NCBI GenBank assembly: GCA_964187785.1
Contig: OZ076409.1
Coordinates: 22,198,001 to 22,262,000, forward strand
Origin: Amphiscolops sp. MND2022
Lineage: Eukaryota
Length of the DNA: 64,000 nucleotides
Direction of reading: 5' to 3'
Part shown: positions 1 through 14,417 of the stretch, in pieces
How positions within the stretch are numbered: the stretch's first letter is position 1
Layout: every line of letters begins with the position of its first letter
The notes under the pieces: generated by a model
What the model saw: the letters and a program-made list of their open reading frames with translations, nothing else
Told to the model about the DNA's origin: nothing
Databases searched by the model: none
Translations under genes and position numbers: made by a program

Positions 1-39
1 TTTTAATATTGAGATTGATAATTTCTTTACCGGCACATG

Positions 40-373
40 CATTACAATACATATGCCGCAAAAGTGGATTTCATCATCCAGTGTAAAGTGTGTTTTCCGT
101 AAAACGAGAGAAAACCGTATTCTAGTCAAATAGTGCACCGTGTTCATCGCGGATTGTGATGCACAGTGTAACAATAAATTTTGCATTGTAATCATTGAGC
201 CTGATTGTGTAAAGTAGTCATTTACTGTATTTTGATCACGACGCGTAACGCCAAATCACACAGTTAAACGAGCAAAACACGTAACGCGTATCAGAAATAT
301 TAACTTGTTTTTATTGGCTGTTGATCGAACTAGCAAGATCCTGCTAGTTCGTTGCGGCATATGTATCGTAATG
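40..373. mobile_element. MITE-like element with 22-bp terminal inverted repeats
   Basis: CATTACAATACATATGCCGCAA (40-61) is the reverse complement of TTGCGGCATATGTATCGTAATG (352-373) with one mismatch; non-coding interior. Confidence 0.6.
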
Positions 374-1627
374 TGGATATTTTGTGCTATTTTTGAAAGA
401 TAAACTCGACATTTCGTTTGACATTGTTTCTAGCTCATTTCCGCTAATAGTAAAAGTTTCCCACTGGTAACTGTGCTACACTGTGAAACGTCGATTAAAC
501 CAGATATTACAACTCCTTTTCATTTCCGTTACTTTCATCTACCACCCTTGTCCAATTCTTCCGCGAAATATTAGTTCCTTTTTTTCTCGTTCTACCGAAT
601 TCTTATATTTGTTCACACCTAGCGTGTTTGACTAACGCATATTTTGTCGCCATATTGGCGATAAGTCAAGAACAATCTATGGCAAAAAGATGACTTCAAC
701 ACTGTCTGGTCAAATAGTAAATGAAAGTATGAGATAATCTAGGAATTTCTCTTCTCGACAAAATGACAATTGATTGAAATAAATTCAAAGCAGCGATGTT
801 CTCAACTTAGTCATTTTCATTTCACGTTTGTAAAAGTCCTGCGATTTTTTAGGAAAGAACAAATATGCTAGCAATGTATAAATAAGTTGTAATAATTTAA
901 TTTTGTAGACAATTCGGAAATTAGTTGTTTGAATTTCTGGATCAATGACAAAACTATTTCTCGATTGAAATTTTCTCGACCGCAACGTTTTCCCTAAGCC
1001 TCAGAAATGGAAGCAATTCGTCGAAAGAAGATAAAACCCCTGGAACGCACTTAAAAACAGTTACAGAGGATAATAACTCTTTGCGCGTAGAGGTGACAAA
1101 ACAATATTTTCAACAGAACAGTGAGATTAGTGCCTCACGAACTCAACGCGACAAGAGGAAATTACTCAACTGTTAAGAAAGCTCCGCTCAGCCAGACAAT
1201 GAAACTTACGGGTCCGTGGCGATCCGTCGCTAATACGACCATCTTTTTCCTTTTGCTGTCTTTCGCACTGAAAAGTATCTGTACGTGGAAGCTCTGTGCA
1301 AGCAAACAAGGTGAAAATTTTCAAAAACATACATAGATAGAACTTCAAATAATTCGGTGGCTGATTTTCATACCGACTTTGCGGAAGCCTTCATCCTAGT
1401 GAAAACAATGAAATGGTGAAAAAAGTAAAAACGACTGGAGATTTAGGCTGTTCCTCGATTTACTCCATGATTACCTGGAACGACAAACTAAGCACTTCAA
1501 AATTTCAAGTACGATCTCTGACTAGCTGAAAACGACGCGTGGAGGACCTTAAGCCTTAAGGTTTCGCCGTTGGTCGCGTACTCTTTTAAAACTTTTTTTA
1601 AAGGACTTACGTTTTTTTTTCAATAGC

Positions 1628-2350
1628 TACCCACGTTTTTTTTCAATCTTTGCGAATCTGTAAAGATCTGCAGGATTTTTTCTGCTGGGTTCTGCAAAGA
1701 TCGTTGCATTGAATCTTGAAGATCCATACAGATCTGCAAGATCTTTACAGAAGTGTGCAGATTTTTTTAAAGATTTCTGCAGAAATATGTTTTTCTGCAG
1801 CTTCTAAGGAACCAATATACTGATTTTTGGACTTCTTCAACTACTTCATCGAGTAGTTTAGCTGACCTAGGGTCAGTCAGTTGAAACTCTCCATCACTCA
1901 AAAGTCTTGAGAAGGAAAATTTGTCCCCATCACGAAAAATTTTGTGACGGGATAAATTTTGACATGTGGCAACCATCTGAGTTGGTCGATGTGTTGATGA
2001 AAAGTTGTTTTTGTAATATTTCCGCAACATAGTTTGTTGAGGTATTTTTAGTAATTGCTGTTAACTTGGAATACGTTATAGTAATTGTTTGGCTCTGTAA
2101 AGATCTGTAATGATCCGTAAAGATCTGCAAACTACACAGATCTGTACAGATTGCTGCAGAAAAATGTTTCATCATTTTGCCACAAATGAGACTTCTCTCC
2201 AGTTTTAAACACTTTTAATATTCGTTTGACATCTCTGTGGGGTTTTTATTGTATTTCTGAGTACGTCAGTTTTTTTCGAATCTGCACATATCTGCAAAGA
2301 TCTGCAAAAATTCTGCAGATCTGCACATATCTGCAAAAAAAACCTGGGTA
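1628..2350. mobile_element. Non-autonomous TIR element with AGATCTGCA sub-terminal repeats
   Basis: Ends TACCCACGTTTTTTTT ... AAAAAAAACCTGGGTA; many GATCTGCA/GATCTGTA motifs near both ends. Confidence 0.65.
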
Positions 2351-3369
2351 CTACAATGATAAAAGAAGAAAACAACTCAACTCAAAGCTCAAACCGTGTC
2401 CAGATTAATGGTCTTCGTTCAGCAACAGACAAACGTTTCAAACTCAAGTTCAAGTGAACAAACATTACTTATACTGTGGGCAATTTGACAATCGAGGATC
2501 TCAAAGACGTGAAAGATGTGAGGATCGCTGAAAAAAGGGTATCAACTGTTTTGTTTCCTTCGAGGCGAAACATCACCTGGAATGTCCTTTTTTCACCTAG
2601 AAATGCGTTACTTTTGTCATTGACTATACCACTAAACTAGGAAAGAAGTACTTGTTCAGTTCAAGTCGCAGAAATGGTGAGTTGAAAGTGATTGCAACAT
2701 GATACGTTCCTCCGCCCCAGTACTGGCTGAATGCTCTAACCAATATACCATGCTTCCCAAAGACGGTGATAACTATTTTTTGAAAATACTTTTGTGTAGC
2801 GCTGGCACTTTCAACACAGAAAATTTTAATACTATTTCGAGGTTACGTGTGACGATAATCCTCCTGAAATATTTTTCAGAGTCTGAAGTAAATCAAAGAG
2901 TCGGGTGAAACGCTAACTTTGTGTTGAATTTATCCTGCTATAAGTCAACTGACTAACCAGCGTTCGTTCAGTCTAATGTTTATCTTTTGGTTGTTGAGAA
3001 ACACTGTTTTAACCTCGTTAACCTAGTAAAAAAACTAACTAGCAATTTCTAGAGAACTCAAAAAGAAGATTTTGCTCAGAAATTAACTCTGTTCTGGACT
3101 GTCGTTATTTTTGATTGGCTCAGTCCAATTGAAACCTTACTTCAATACAAAGTCATTACATCGTTCAGTCAGCTGAAGTAAAATAGATGTAAACATGACA
3201 TTCATTCCAGCGTTCACGGAAATGTTCTGCAATCCGTAACTTAAGAATTGAAACTGAAACTCAGGGTATGACACTGAAGTTAAACAAAAATGAAATGCAA
3301 ACAAAACAAAACGCAAAACATGGTTTCTACAACGCAGCAATCTTCTCGATTCAGTCTAAGTGGACCTTC

Positions 3370-3990
3370 TCCTTGATGGCAGATCAAAAGTCAGTAGAAC
3401 TCCTTGCTTTTAATTTTTCCGGTAGAACGTTCCAATACGTATCAAATTACGCCCCGAAGACAATGAAGAAAAATTCTGGTTCCCAGCAGCTGAACACTCT
3501 GGCAACGAATTAGACCACTCCGCGATACAACGCCGGATTCTCAAAGAATTACGGGAAGTAACCGAACGTGGAAAACTCGATCCAAAAGAAAGTGAAGAAT
3601 CACGTACCAAGTTTCTATCCATGTTCAAACGGAGCGACTCACTAATTACGGAAGAAGACCGAAAAAATCTAGAATCCACCATTGTTGAATTCAACTACAT
3701 TTTCGCGAGAAAACGGCTCGATATTGACATGAACACAGAATTCAAAAGACGACAAGCCTATCTACACACTATGCCTTCAGGTGCCAATCAACCTCAAAGA
3801 TGATCCAACGGTGGAACTAGCCCTCATGCACCGTTACGGAATTTTCGCGACACTGTCCTTCTTCGAATATGCCAGCCAAATTTTTGCACAACGGAAGCCC
3901 AACAGAAAACTGAGGTTGCTGGTGGATCGGCGCAAGAACAGCGCACTTCATATCAGATGACTACATCAATAATAAACACCCCATCAGCAG
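3370..3990 (+). pseudogene. Ty3/Gypsy pol fragment (RT N-terminal region), frameshifted
   Basis: Translations ESRTKFLSMF...VEFNYIFARKRLDIDMNTEFK, VELALMHRYGIF...YASQIFAQRKPNRKLRLLVD and MADQKSVELLAFNFSGRTFQY resemble Gypsy RT segments. Confidence 0.7.
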
Positions 3991-3999
3991 CTTTCTACT

Positions 4000-5113
4000 G
4001 CAATTTCGACAAACTGCGGGTTTTGCTGGGCAGTTGTGCATCCTTGGTTTGGGGCGCCGCATTGTCCACAGGGGCTGTCTTTGTACTTTGTTTTTTGACT
4101 GTCCGGTTTTTTCTTGGTCATTCGTAACTGGATTTTTCAGACCACTTTCGTTTGTTTTACTCGTATTTGGACGCGTTGTTTTCCTCTGCCGTCGTTTGAA
4201 TTGTTTGAGTCGTTTAGCCTGTCATACATGTTTTAATGTATTAATTCCGTAATTGTCTCAATGGTCATGTTGCTTTCCGTATTTTTTTCTCTAGTGCAAA
4301 ATCGCCTGTCGACCTTCCCATCAGTGATAAATATTTTGAGGTTATCGGTTCTGCTGGGGTCACATTTTCGAATTCGCAGTGCTTTTATACTTGTAGGATT
4401 CTTGTCCATATATCTTTGGCTGTTTCATTTTTTTCTCGTGTGCTTCCGATAAATCGGCTCGGCCATGAAACTTGTTTCGTTCTGGGATAAAATGTAATAG
4501 GATCAGTGAATAAAATTGATCTATATCCATTCTCTTTTTGATCGTTGTCTCTAACGGTTCTAGTCATTTCTGTTATTGCTGACTCGTCCAATGCCCAAAT
4601 AAATAGTTCTTTGATCCGATGTTGCAGTTCATGTCAGTTTTGTTCCTGTATTTCTTTCTCTGTTGTCACAAAGTTCAGATCGATGTTTTGGGTCATTTTT
4701 ATGTACTCTGTGAATCTGTGCCACCATTGTTTTGGCTTCTTGTAACCTACTTTTGTCAAAGGTGGGTAGTGTGATCTTTTGATGGGTTTTCCGTTTTTCG
4801 GGTTTCCGCGTCCTGAAGTTTCCCCAACGGAGGAACTTGTGCTTTCTGATACTTTGCGATTTTCCATTTTCAATCTGACTACGCCATGTTCTTTCTTATC
4901 GAAAGATAATGGTAAAGATCATTGTGCTTGTAACAATGCATTGTATTGTAGCTCGTATTCTATTCATCTGAATTCTTTATGTGTTAAGATATGATAAACA
5001 TTTACAAGCGTTTGTAATAACATAGAAGTTGACTGGTACTTAGCTGTCTAAAGGTTATGTGACCTCTACTGTCTAACTCAAACTATGACATGATGACACA
5101 TGATTGAACTGCA
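4000..5113 (-). mobile_element. 5' fragment of a Gypsy-like LTR retrotransposon (partial LTR, PBS, gag start)
   Basis: Minus strand reads ...AACA|TGGCGTAGTCAG at 4887/4886 (tRNA-Ser-type PBS), then broken gag-like frames KQWWHRFTEYIKMTQNIDL and ALDESAITEMTRTV; similar to the gag relic near 22500. Confidence 0.65.
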
Positions 5114-5679
5114 TTTTAGTTGGCGCTTCATGAAGTGAAACGCGATTATTATAGTGACTCTTTTTTCAATCGACACGAACTGGCCAGAGTAGTTCCTAAA
5201 AATTCTACAAAGTTTTATGGTCCCAAATTGAATCATTTGGCCTAGCGAACTGGACCAAAAAAGGTTTTACCTCTATTTTCGCGTAACATACCATACCGGG
5301 AGAGACTAAGAAGTCCCCCTTTTCAGCTTTTTTGGCATTGTGAGACTTTTCTTCCGAAAAAGTTTTTCCCCAAATTCATCCCCCCTTCAATTTTTTGATG
5401 TTTGAATGGATGGTAATAAATTTTTCACCAATTTTTTATTCACCCCTCACTTGTTTTGTTTTGCAAAAATGGATGTTGAAAATGCAAAAGGATCCCGCGT
5501 TTTGAGCGCCAGGGGAGCGCGCTAGCGGGCAACTGGTGCGCCAGTTCCATCGCTTGGGTTTTTCTTGAGTTTGGTACTCTTTTTTGAGTTTGATAATTTG
5601 AGTTTTTTGAGACTTTCATGTCCTTTTGCTATTTTTGAGCCTTAGATGAAATGCAAACTTATGATGTTTCCGGCCTGTT
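5114..5679 (+). mobile_element. DINE-1/Helentron-like non-autonomous repeat (diverged copy)
   Basis: Starts TTTTAGTTGGCGCTT, has internal AAGTCCCCCTTT blocks, ends GAGCCTTAGATG...CCGGCCTGTT. Confidence 0.6.
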
Positions 5680-8600
5680 AAAACAACGATAAATTCTAAG
5701 AATGATACTTCGACACATAAACTGGTGACAGCGCTAGCTAAATCAGATTTCACAAGCTGCGAAAACATTTTCACACAGCCACAAAATCAGCAAAAAGAAG
5801 CCAACGCCTTTAGTTTTCCGAGGGGACGTTCTGACAAAATGAAATGATAATCGAATCATATAGTGTCGTTGTTTAAATCCGTGCATTGTAAGTGGAGAGC
5901 AACAGTTGGTGCTGTTCAACAATGGACATGCCATATTTCGAGTGAGAACTGTACTTAGACTTTTTTGTTTTCTTAATCAAACAACTTTAATTTGCATGGA
6001 TTATTTGCTTGGATAAAACAAAGCAAAATTCGGATAAGAGTATAAACTTTGCTACGTCCCAAAAAGGGTTAAAATCTAGAACTTGGAGAACTAGACAGGA
6101 CACCTCTGTCCTACAGAATCCTAAGCAGTGGATTTTACCCAAAAATGGTCCCCTAGAGGTACTTTCCGTATGACGAGAAGGCCCCTCATTATAGACCTGC
6201 AGTCACACTACGATTTCGGAGACGTCCCATAAGCACCTGGAAAGTTCCTAACGTCTCACTGATTTCCCATCCTCACGATGTCTGAAAATTGGAACTACGC
6301 AAAAATAGATCGAAGGCATTCTAAGTTCTAGAACTAGGCCTTATGGGAAAAGTTTGATCCGAGATTCATAAAATACCACATGATAACATTTAATAAGTCT
6401 TCTTATTCCACGTGAAAATGCACACCACCCAGCGATATCTTAAAATAATATATAAACAGCAAAATATATGTATGCTTACATTTAAAGGTTTCCGTATAAA
6501 ATTCAGATGAATCTTCATATTTATTACCTTTTCTGTTATTCGTAGTGTATTTCGGTGCTGTTTTTGGTAAGGTTTTGGATCACAAAAGCGACTATAGTCT
6601 TGACTTTTTGTCAGTTTGTTTTCGATACACCTGAACTAGTCAAAACAGTTCTACAAAAACGTTTCAATTTTGTCAAAGTTAGTAACTTCTAACTGTCACT
6701 TTGCGTAGAGGTTTTGATGCCATGACGCATGTCCTCAAAGATTCTATAATCTTGAAAAAGACCTGAACTCTTAACCCAAGTAATTAATGGATGTAATTCT
6801 ATTTGAAAACTAATTACCTTTGAAGAAACTTCACTTAATACATCCTGTAACAAGCTTCTCAGATTCATCCTGTTACTGTCATTCTTTATTAATGTAAATG
6901 ATTATAATCTACTCTAGTTTGATAGAATATATCTACTCGGAGAAAATAGAATCTAATCTACTATACGGTCTTCCTCTTCAAGAAAGAACTAACTGAGATC
7001 TCAGCGAGATTAGACTTAGAACTAGCTAGCTAAAAGGACTTGAAATAAAGACGACTCTGCTGTTAATATCTTAGATTTCTTCTGTCTACAATAGAAGATC
7101 TAAAAAGAATAACACACAGCATTGTTAACAGCTCAATTGGTGCGACCAAGAAAATTCTTTTTTCTCTCCCTCTAATTACACAACTCTACAATTTTTGCAC
7201 ACCTTTTCTCGACTTTTTTTATCTCTTTGTTCGACACACAGTTTCTCCACCTCTCAATATTGTCTACCGTTATTGATTTCAAACGTTGCAACCAATTTCA
7301 CTAAGAAAATGATTCGTGCTGCTATGGTTCTAACTACGTCCTTCAACGTAATTCCTGTCAGTCACATTTCTTGGTTCTGACTGCGTTCCTCAACGTAATT
7401 CCTGTCAGTTACCTTTTCGCTCCAACAACCTCTGAGTGAATTCGTGTTGGCATTCTCTCATCTTTCCGTTCCAACAGCAGACGTGCGATACGTGTTGGTC
7501 TTTCTACAGTGCTATCCAGTGATTCCTGCTAGTGAAATACTTTGGTTCTAGCCGCTTGGAACAACTTTAAAGTTGGCACACTTATATATCATATATACTT
7601 TTACATCACACTATTTTAGTACATCTCTTTCCTGTAACCTATCCAGTACATCTAACATATAAAACTCTTTCAAAACCAGTTAACGGATCCAAGTATATAA
7701 CAAAGAATTGAACACCAACAATTCAAAATTTCATATACTTGTACTAATTATCTTACACAATTTTTTAACATAATTTTGATAAATCATCATTACACATGTC
7801 GCCTTCAGTACATGATGTAGTTAAAATCATTATCTGCTTTTGGTTCTCTTTTGCACTTCTTGCCGGTCTTGCAGTTTTCATTGACACATTTTTATTACCT
7901 TTTTTATACCAAAATATTAATATATAACTTTTCCTTTCTATGGTAACAAGTCTAATACTGTCTCTTCTTGGACTACTTAGTATTTAGTATACCTTTTGTA
8001 CCCTCCTACAATATATACAGAACCCATTCCTTCTTTTCCTTTGTACAGTACTTATAATATTCCTACAGGTTGCATTTGTAGATCAAATCCTACCTTTTAA
8101 CTCTCAATTTAATACAAAATGTTTTCAGTTACAACATATTTATCCTTTATGGCAATCCTACTATACTGGCTAATCCTTGCAACATATAATGCTTCCTCCC
8201 CCATTTGTTTTATATACAGAAAAAGACAAAACCGAGCTCTTACGCAAGATGTTGGACCTTTTTTAAACAACATCATCTTTCAGTACACAAACCCACTTTC
8301 ATTTGAAACAGAACCCCATACGATACATTCTATTCCATTGGCAAGAGAACATTGTGACTTTTTTCTATATTACATTCGATATAAAACACTAGAAGTAACA
8401 CCATCACAAAACCCTTTTCAAACTATTTTTAACCCAGTTAAAGGGATAAGCACTGGAACATATTATAGAACAATTCATCCAAAAAACATCACACTCTCTA
8501 TCCAAGATGTTTTCATTACTTATATGGAAAAACTTATTGAATTTAATGAAAATCAAGATACACCACTCTATCTTCCTTCTCACTTAAACGACCTGAAACA

Positions 8601-9381
8601 CAAATCTGAATAATTTGAGGTCCCAGACCTTGAAACAAGAATTCAAAGACATGACAACCCTCACTATTGGTTAGGTGGTTCAACAAGATATACTACAAGT
8701 AAAAAACTTTCAATAAAGATTCTTTTACAATATTACCCTCAATGAAGACACTATTCCTCAGGTCAAAGTCTTCACTCAATTTTGATTAAAGTTGTTCAGA
8801 TTTAACTATCAATTGCTTCGGTAACAACAAGATCAACAAGCATACATTCATTTTCCTCAAATACTAACAGAAACTGAACTCTTAACATACATCATTAAAT
8901 ATGAATATAGACATTTACAGTACAGGGATCCTTCCTCATTTAACGCCACTTATTTTGAACAGATAAATCTGAATGACAACTTTATAACTGAATAATCTGA
9001 ACCTCTGATAACAGACCTTATATTACTTCTAACATTTCCCCTGAAACAACCCCAGAAGAACAAAACTTTTCTGTCTTACCTCATTATGCTAGAATAAATA
9101 CAGTACAATCAGAACAAGATGACCTTGTAAACCTTTTCCAAAGTCAAGGACCTCACCAATTAAATCCACTGTATCCACAATTACCACAAGCTTCTGATAT
9201 ACAACAGCCAAATCCTTCTGAAACTGCTACAATACAAAATGCATCAGAATTCTCTGAAGAAACAGTCCAGACTGTACAAAATACCCAGAGTCTTACAAAA
9301 ACTAATGATTCAAACCTTATACAAGTTCCTACCCACAAAACCACACCAGACCAAACTAATAACCAAAACCAAGACAACACT

Positions 9382-11310
9382 TTGAGCACAACTCAAGATA
9401 ACACCTCTATTTTATCTACATCTCATACTACTGTCACACAACCATTTCAGACACAAAGATCCCCTCGTCAAACTTGTGACCCACCTTCTATTCCATCTCA
9501 ATTCTCAACTCAAATCCACACTCATAATTCTCCTCAACCTCTTCTAATACCCACCCAACACACTAATAGAGTCCATTTTCAAACACCAACTCCACCATCA
9601 CCTTCTGAAATACAAACTTCAACTTATACTCCATCCCAAAGTAATCCAGTACAAAATGTACAAACTGGTTTAAATACTAACACTATCCAATCAAACCCAC
9701 CTTTCCATTACACAACTTCTAGACACCTTTCCAGACCTCCGTTGCAACCCATATTATCTAATCCATTATCATACAATCTTACAAGCACAAACTCGAGTCA
9801 TACACAAAAATCTTCGACAAACAATAGTCGACCCAATTCCTTAAATACTTTTCCTCCTCCCCAACCGTCTAATACAATCACACCTACATTACAAAACTCA
9901 CAATTCCAAATACCAAACCCCCTTTCAACAAAGATTAGAAATAATCCTCACTTTCATAATCCACCTACCACCCCTTTTACAAAAACCTCAAATGTTCCTA
10001 CATACAATACAGTACCACCATCTACACTATCTCAAAATACCATTTCACAACCGACATATATCAACTCTTCAATTTCAATATCAGACTCAATTAAACCTTT
10101 TGATGGCTTAGATCATAACTATACACCTGAAGAATGCTTACAACATATTGAGGCACGTGTTACATTTTCCTTAGGATTACAACGTACTTCCAAAAATGAA
10201 TATAAGTTTTGGCACGTCCGTCGCAGGGCTTCTATACAATGTTTCTTAACAGGGACAGCTCTTAGTTGGTACATTCGTTTGATCGACACTTATAAACAAT
10301 GTTGGCACGCTTTTAAACAAGCTTTCAAAAAACAAATCTCTTCTCAAACGAATGCTTACTATGCTCAAGTTGAAGCGCTTAATTTATCAAAAAAGGACAA
10401 TGAAACGGTTCGTCATTTTGCACTTAAAGTTCAACAGCTGGTTGAAAAAGGCTGGTGCAATGAGAATGCATCTACTATCAATCTCAAATGTAATGAAATT
10501 TTCACAAAAGGATTTCCTAAAAACCTCAAAGTCTTTGCAAATAAAAGACAAGTAAAACACACTTCTACTGTCTTAGAACCTCCTATTCCTTTTCATACAT
10601 TAGTAAAACTTGTTCATGCTGAAGACATTGCAAACGACAAAATTAGAACACATGATCTTGCACTTGAAGTCAATAGCATTAAAAAACAACTATGCACCCA
10701 AACTCTTGAACCTTCATCACAAGAACAACTTATGTTTACTCAACCTAAAGACCCAAATAACAAAATAAACCTGCATATAAAAAAATATAACAAGTTGTTC
10801 ATACTGTCACAGAACAAATCACTCCATCTCTGCTTGTTTCAAAACACAACGAGATGATGAAGACAAACGAGATGCTTATGGTCGATCAAAATATTCACAA
10901 AATTCATTTGTACAGTACTTTCGTTCTCCTTCTAACGATAGAACAAAACGTTATGATAATCAATATAGAAGTCGAAGTACTTCACGTAACAACTCTTATT
11001 ACAATACCTATTCACAAAATCGATACCGTTCTACATCTAGAGATATATTTAGCTACGACAAAAGTACTAATCCTCCGCAGAACTCTAGATCTCGATATGA
11101 TACTTATAAACGCGGTTCACGGTCTTACCGCTCTCCATACAGATCTCCTTATAGATCTCCTCATAGACACAACTCTCGTCCTAGGTTTAGATCACGCTCC
11201 TATTGAAGAGACAATAATTTCACAAGATATACAAAGTCATACAGACCACCTTCAAGACCAAGAGATTCTAGATTTTCTAGATCCCGTTCACACTTCAATT
11301 CTAGAAATAA
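9382..11310 (+). pseudogene. gag: Gypsy gag: P/S/T-rich N-terminus, retrotransposon gag domain, CCHC knuckle and RS-rich tail (frameshifted)
   Basis: IKPFDG...LTGTALSWY...FKQAFKKQ in ORF 9382-10857; CSYCHRTNHSISAC (CX2CX4HX4C) at 10796-10837 in a shifted frame. Confidence 0.85.
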
Positions 11311-11317
11311 AATCTAT

Positions 11318-14217
11318 ATGATACAATCACAAGAACAATCCGAACCTATAACATTTGAAGTACACATGTGTCACCCAACGGCAATGGCAATTGCTGTAAC
11401 ACCTACAAGTTGGTTTTATACTCTATATGTCCATAAACCATCAAGTATAGGACAAAGAGATAACCCATCCAGGCTTGAAATTGCATTCCTTTTAGATAGC
11501 AGTCCTTCAATCTCTGTGTTAAATTACCCAACATCCATCACTCTTACAAAACTCTTAGATATCAGACCAAATCACACTTCTGACATTGGACCACATCACA
11601 CTGCAAAAACCTTAGTTGTTGCAAACCAAACCGAAGTTCCTATATTACATTATGCCATTTATAATTTCAAACACCACGATTGACGATACTTCTCGTTACT
11701 TTTCATTACCTTTTGCAGTAGCTGATATTAAATACACTATCCTTGGTTCACCCTTCTTTGAAGACAATATACAAAACATAAACATAGAAGATTTTACACT
11801 AGAGTTTAAAGACCAATCGAAAAAACGCCCCAACTATGCAAAATTCACAACACTCTTATCTAAAGACTACCCATATTTTTCATACGTTTACAGAATCAAC
11901 TCTAAATCTCAAATACGTTTCAAACCTAAATCTTCTAAAATTGCACACTTTCCAAGAGAAAATATTATAATCATCATTTAACAACCACAACACAAAACCA
12001 CTTCTTCCCTACAATACCACACACTTATTTTGCTACCAAGTTTCGTACAAATTTCAATTTCATTGAAGTTTTCACAGATAAGAAGCCAGACATTTGTGCA
12101 ACTATTATTCAGAACACCTTCAAACATGTTGCGACATTACCTACATGACATATTGGATATATTGAAGTTTCTATTACAAATTAAAAACCTAAATTTTACC
12201 AAGTTAACAAGATTAACACTTTAATACATAATGTTACTCATACATACCATCCTGAAATAACTGAACCAGTTCCACAAACCAATTATATTGTACACTATGA
12301 TGATCCTACAACTCCCCCTCCTCAATTTTCACTACATCAAGTTTATATGACAAATTCGGACATACCACACCAAACTTCACCTTTATATAACGTCCAACCA
12401 ACTTCTCACACTTCTGAAACACGTATTTTTCTTTCCTTACCATATACTTCTGAAAATCTGAAAGTCATCAACAAATTTAACTTCCATTTCTCTGACCTTA
12501 CAGACACTGAGTACATTACCCTTTGCAATATGTTACCTAAATATAAAACCTGTTATGCAACTCATAAGAACGATGTTGGTAAAATCTCAACTCCCTTTCG
12601 TATTAGACGTAAACCAGGCGCTCAACTTCTTACACAACGCCCTTCCAAAGTACAAATTCACTACCGAGATAAATTAAATGCTCTTCTTAAAGAGTTAGAA
12701 AAATACAACATTATAAAACAAATCGGTTCTTCTCTACAAGACAACCCAGCTTATGGTACAACTTATTTAAACCCTCCTATTAAAATCCCCAAAGGAGACA
12801 ATATAAACTGTGTATTAGACGCTCGACACCTTAACTCAAACACAGAACAATCTGATGAATCTTGGCCTATTGAACCTGTCGCTCCACAATTAGCGCGAGC
12901 AAACAAAAAGTACAAATGTGCAATTGATCTTATGTACCCCTCGATGAAGACACTATCAAACTTACCAATTTCTCCTCAGGTGACAATCTCTTTGCCTTCA
13001 TAAGAGGTTTTTATGGTCTGAAAGGACTCCCAAATTTCTTTTCAAAACAAATGTCTACCTTCTTTAGAGCTCTTATAGAACAAGGTTTTGCCCTTGTTTA
13101 CATTGACGATATCTTTCTTTTATCTGACTCTAAAGAACATATGTTCCAACTCATAGAACAATTACACATTATAAGTATAAAAAACAATCTTAAACTGACT
13201 CCTGCAAAATCCTTTTTCATGCTTCTTAAAGTCAAATTTCTTGGACATGAAACTGGTTACAATACAATGAAACCAGTTCACTCAAAAATTGCAGCTATTC
13301 ATAAAATTCCTTCTCCTACTGGCAAAGTTGCTCTAATGAGTTTCATTGGAGCACTCACCTTTTACTCTAGATTTATTGAAAAACTACATATTAACCTTAA
13401 ACCGTTTCAAGATCTTTTACATGAGAACACTCCATGGAAATGAACATAAAGGTCTTTTTCAAAAACTAAAAATGTCTCTTACTTCTGAAACAGAACTTAC
13501 AATACCAAATACGAAACACCCATTTTTTATCAGTGTTGATGCTTCACCTATTGGATTAGGCGCTGTTCTCTTCCAATTAAATGAACAAAACAAAATGAAA
13601 GTTATATCGTACAATTCTCGTATACTTAACCCACAAGAACAAAAACTTTCAACACTTGACCGAGAACTTCTTGGTATAGTACATGCTCTTCAAATTTATG
13701 AATTTCTTATTATTGGTTCCCCCCATCCAATACATATTTTTACTGATCACAAACCTCTTTTACATTGTTTTACAAAAAAGGGTTACCTTAGTCCTCGTTT
13801 CTATAGAGCTCAAATGAAAATAACTAAATGTTCAAAACTCAAAATAATCCACACCCCTGGAAAAAACCTTTCTGTTGCTGACATGTTAAGCCGCTTTTTT
13901 GCAAAAGCCGAATTACAACTAAACCAATTAAAGCAGAAACAATTTCCACCACAAATTGATTTCGCACTATTACAAAACGGCACTCTTAAACCTGTACATT
14001 ACCTAATCAAACACGAAGAAATTTTACCTCATCAAAAACATGATTCTCACCCAATTCTTGCTGATTATGGTACAGATCAATTTTCCATTCGTATTAATGA
14101 TAAATGAAATGACATTGTTGTCAAACCTTTACATTCTTTCTCATTTATATCTGTAACTCCTTTTCAAACAAAATTCAAAACATCCCTCAAAAAGAACAAC
14201 AAAACCCTTCATCAACA
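11318..14217 (+). pseudogene. pol: Gypsy pol: aspartic protease, reverse transcriptase and RNase H (frameshifts and stops)
   Basis: FLLDSSPSISVL and ILGSPF (protease); CVLDARHLN and VYIDDI (RT); VDASPIGLGAVL, RELLGI and TDHKPL (RNase H). Confidence 0.9.
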
Positions 14218-14417
14218 NNNNNNNNNNNNNNNNNNNNNNNNNNNNNNNNNNNNNNNNNNNNNNNNNNNNNNNNNNNNNNNNNNNNNNNNNNNNNNNNNNN
14301 NNNNNNNNNNNNNNNNNNNNNNNNNNNNNNNNNNNNNNNNNNNNNNNNNNNNNNNNNNNNNNNNNNNNNNNNNNNNNNNNNNNNNNNNNNNNNNNNNNNN
14401 NNNNNNNNNNNNNNNNN
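14218..14417. other. Assembly gap (200 N)
   Basis: Run of N. Confidence 1.

Larger units (their letters stand above)
6790..14217 (+). mobile_element. Ty3/Gypsy LTR retrotransposon, degenerate, 3' part lost in the assembly gap
   Basis: Putative LTR end and PBS-like TGGTGCGACC at 7138; gag-PR-RT-RNaseH order; strongly G-poor sense strand; left boundary approximate. Confidence 0.85.

Noticed and set aside
6075..6333. Short inverted repeat TCTAGAACTT/AAGTTCTAGA
   Set aside because: Too short, and no TSD to call an element
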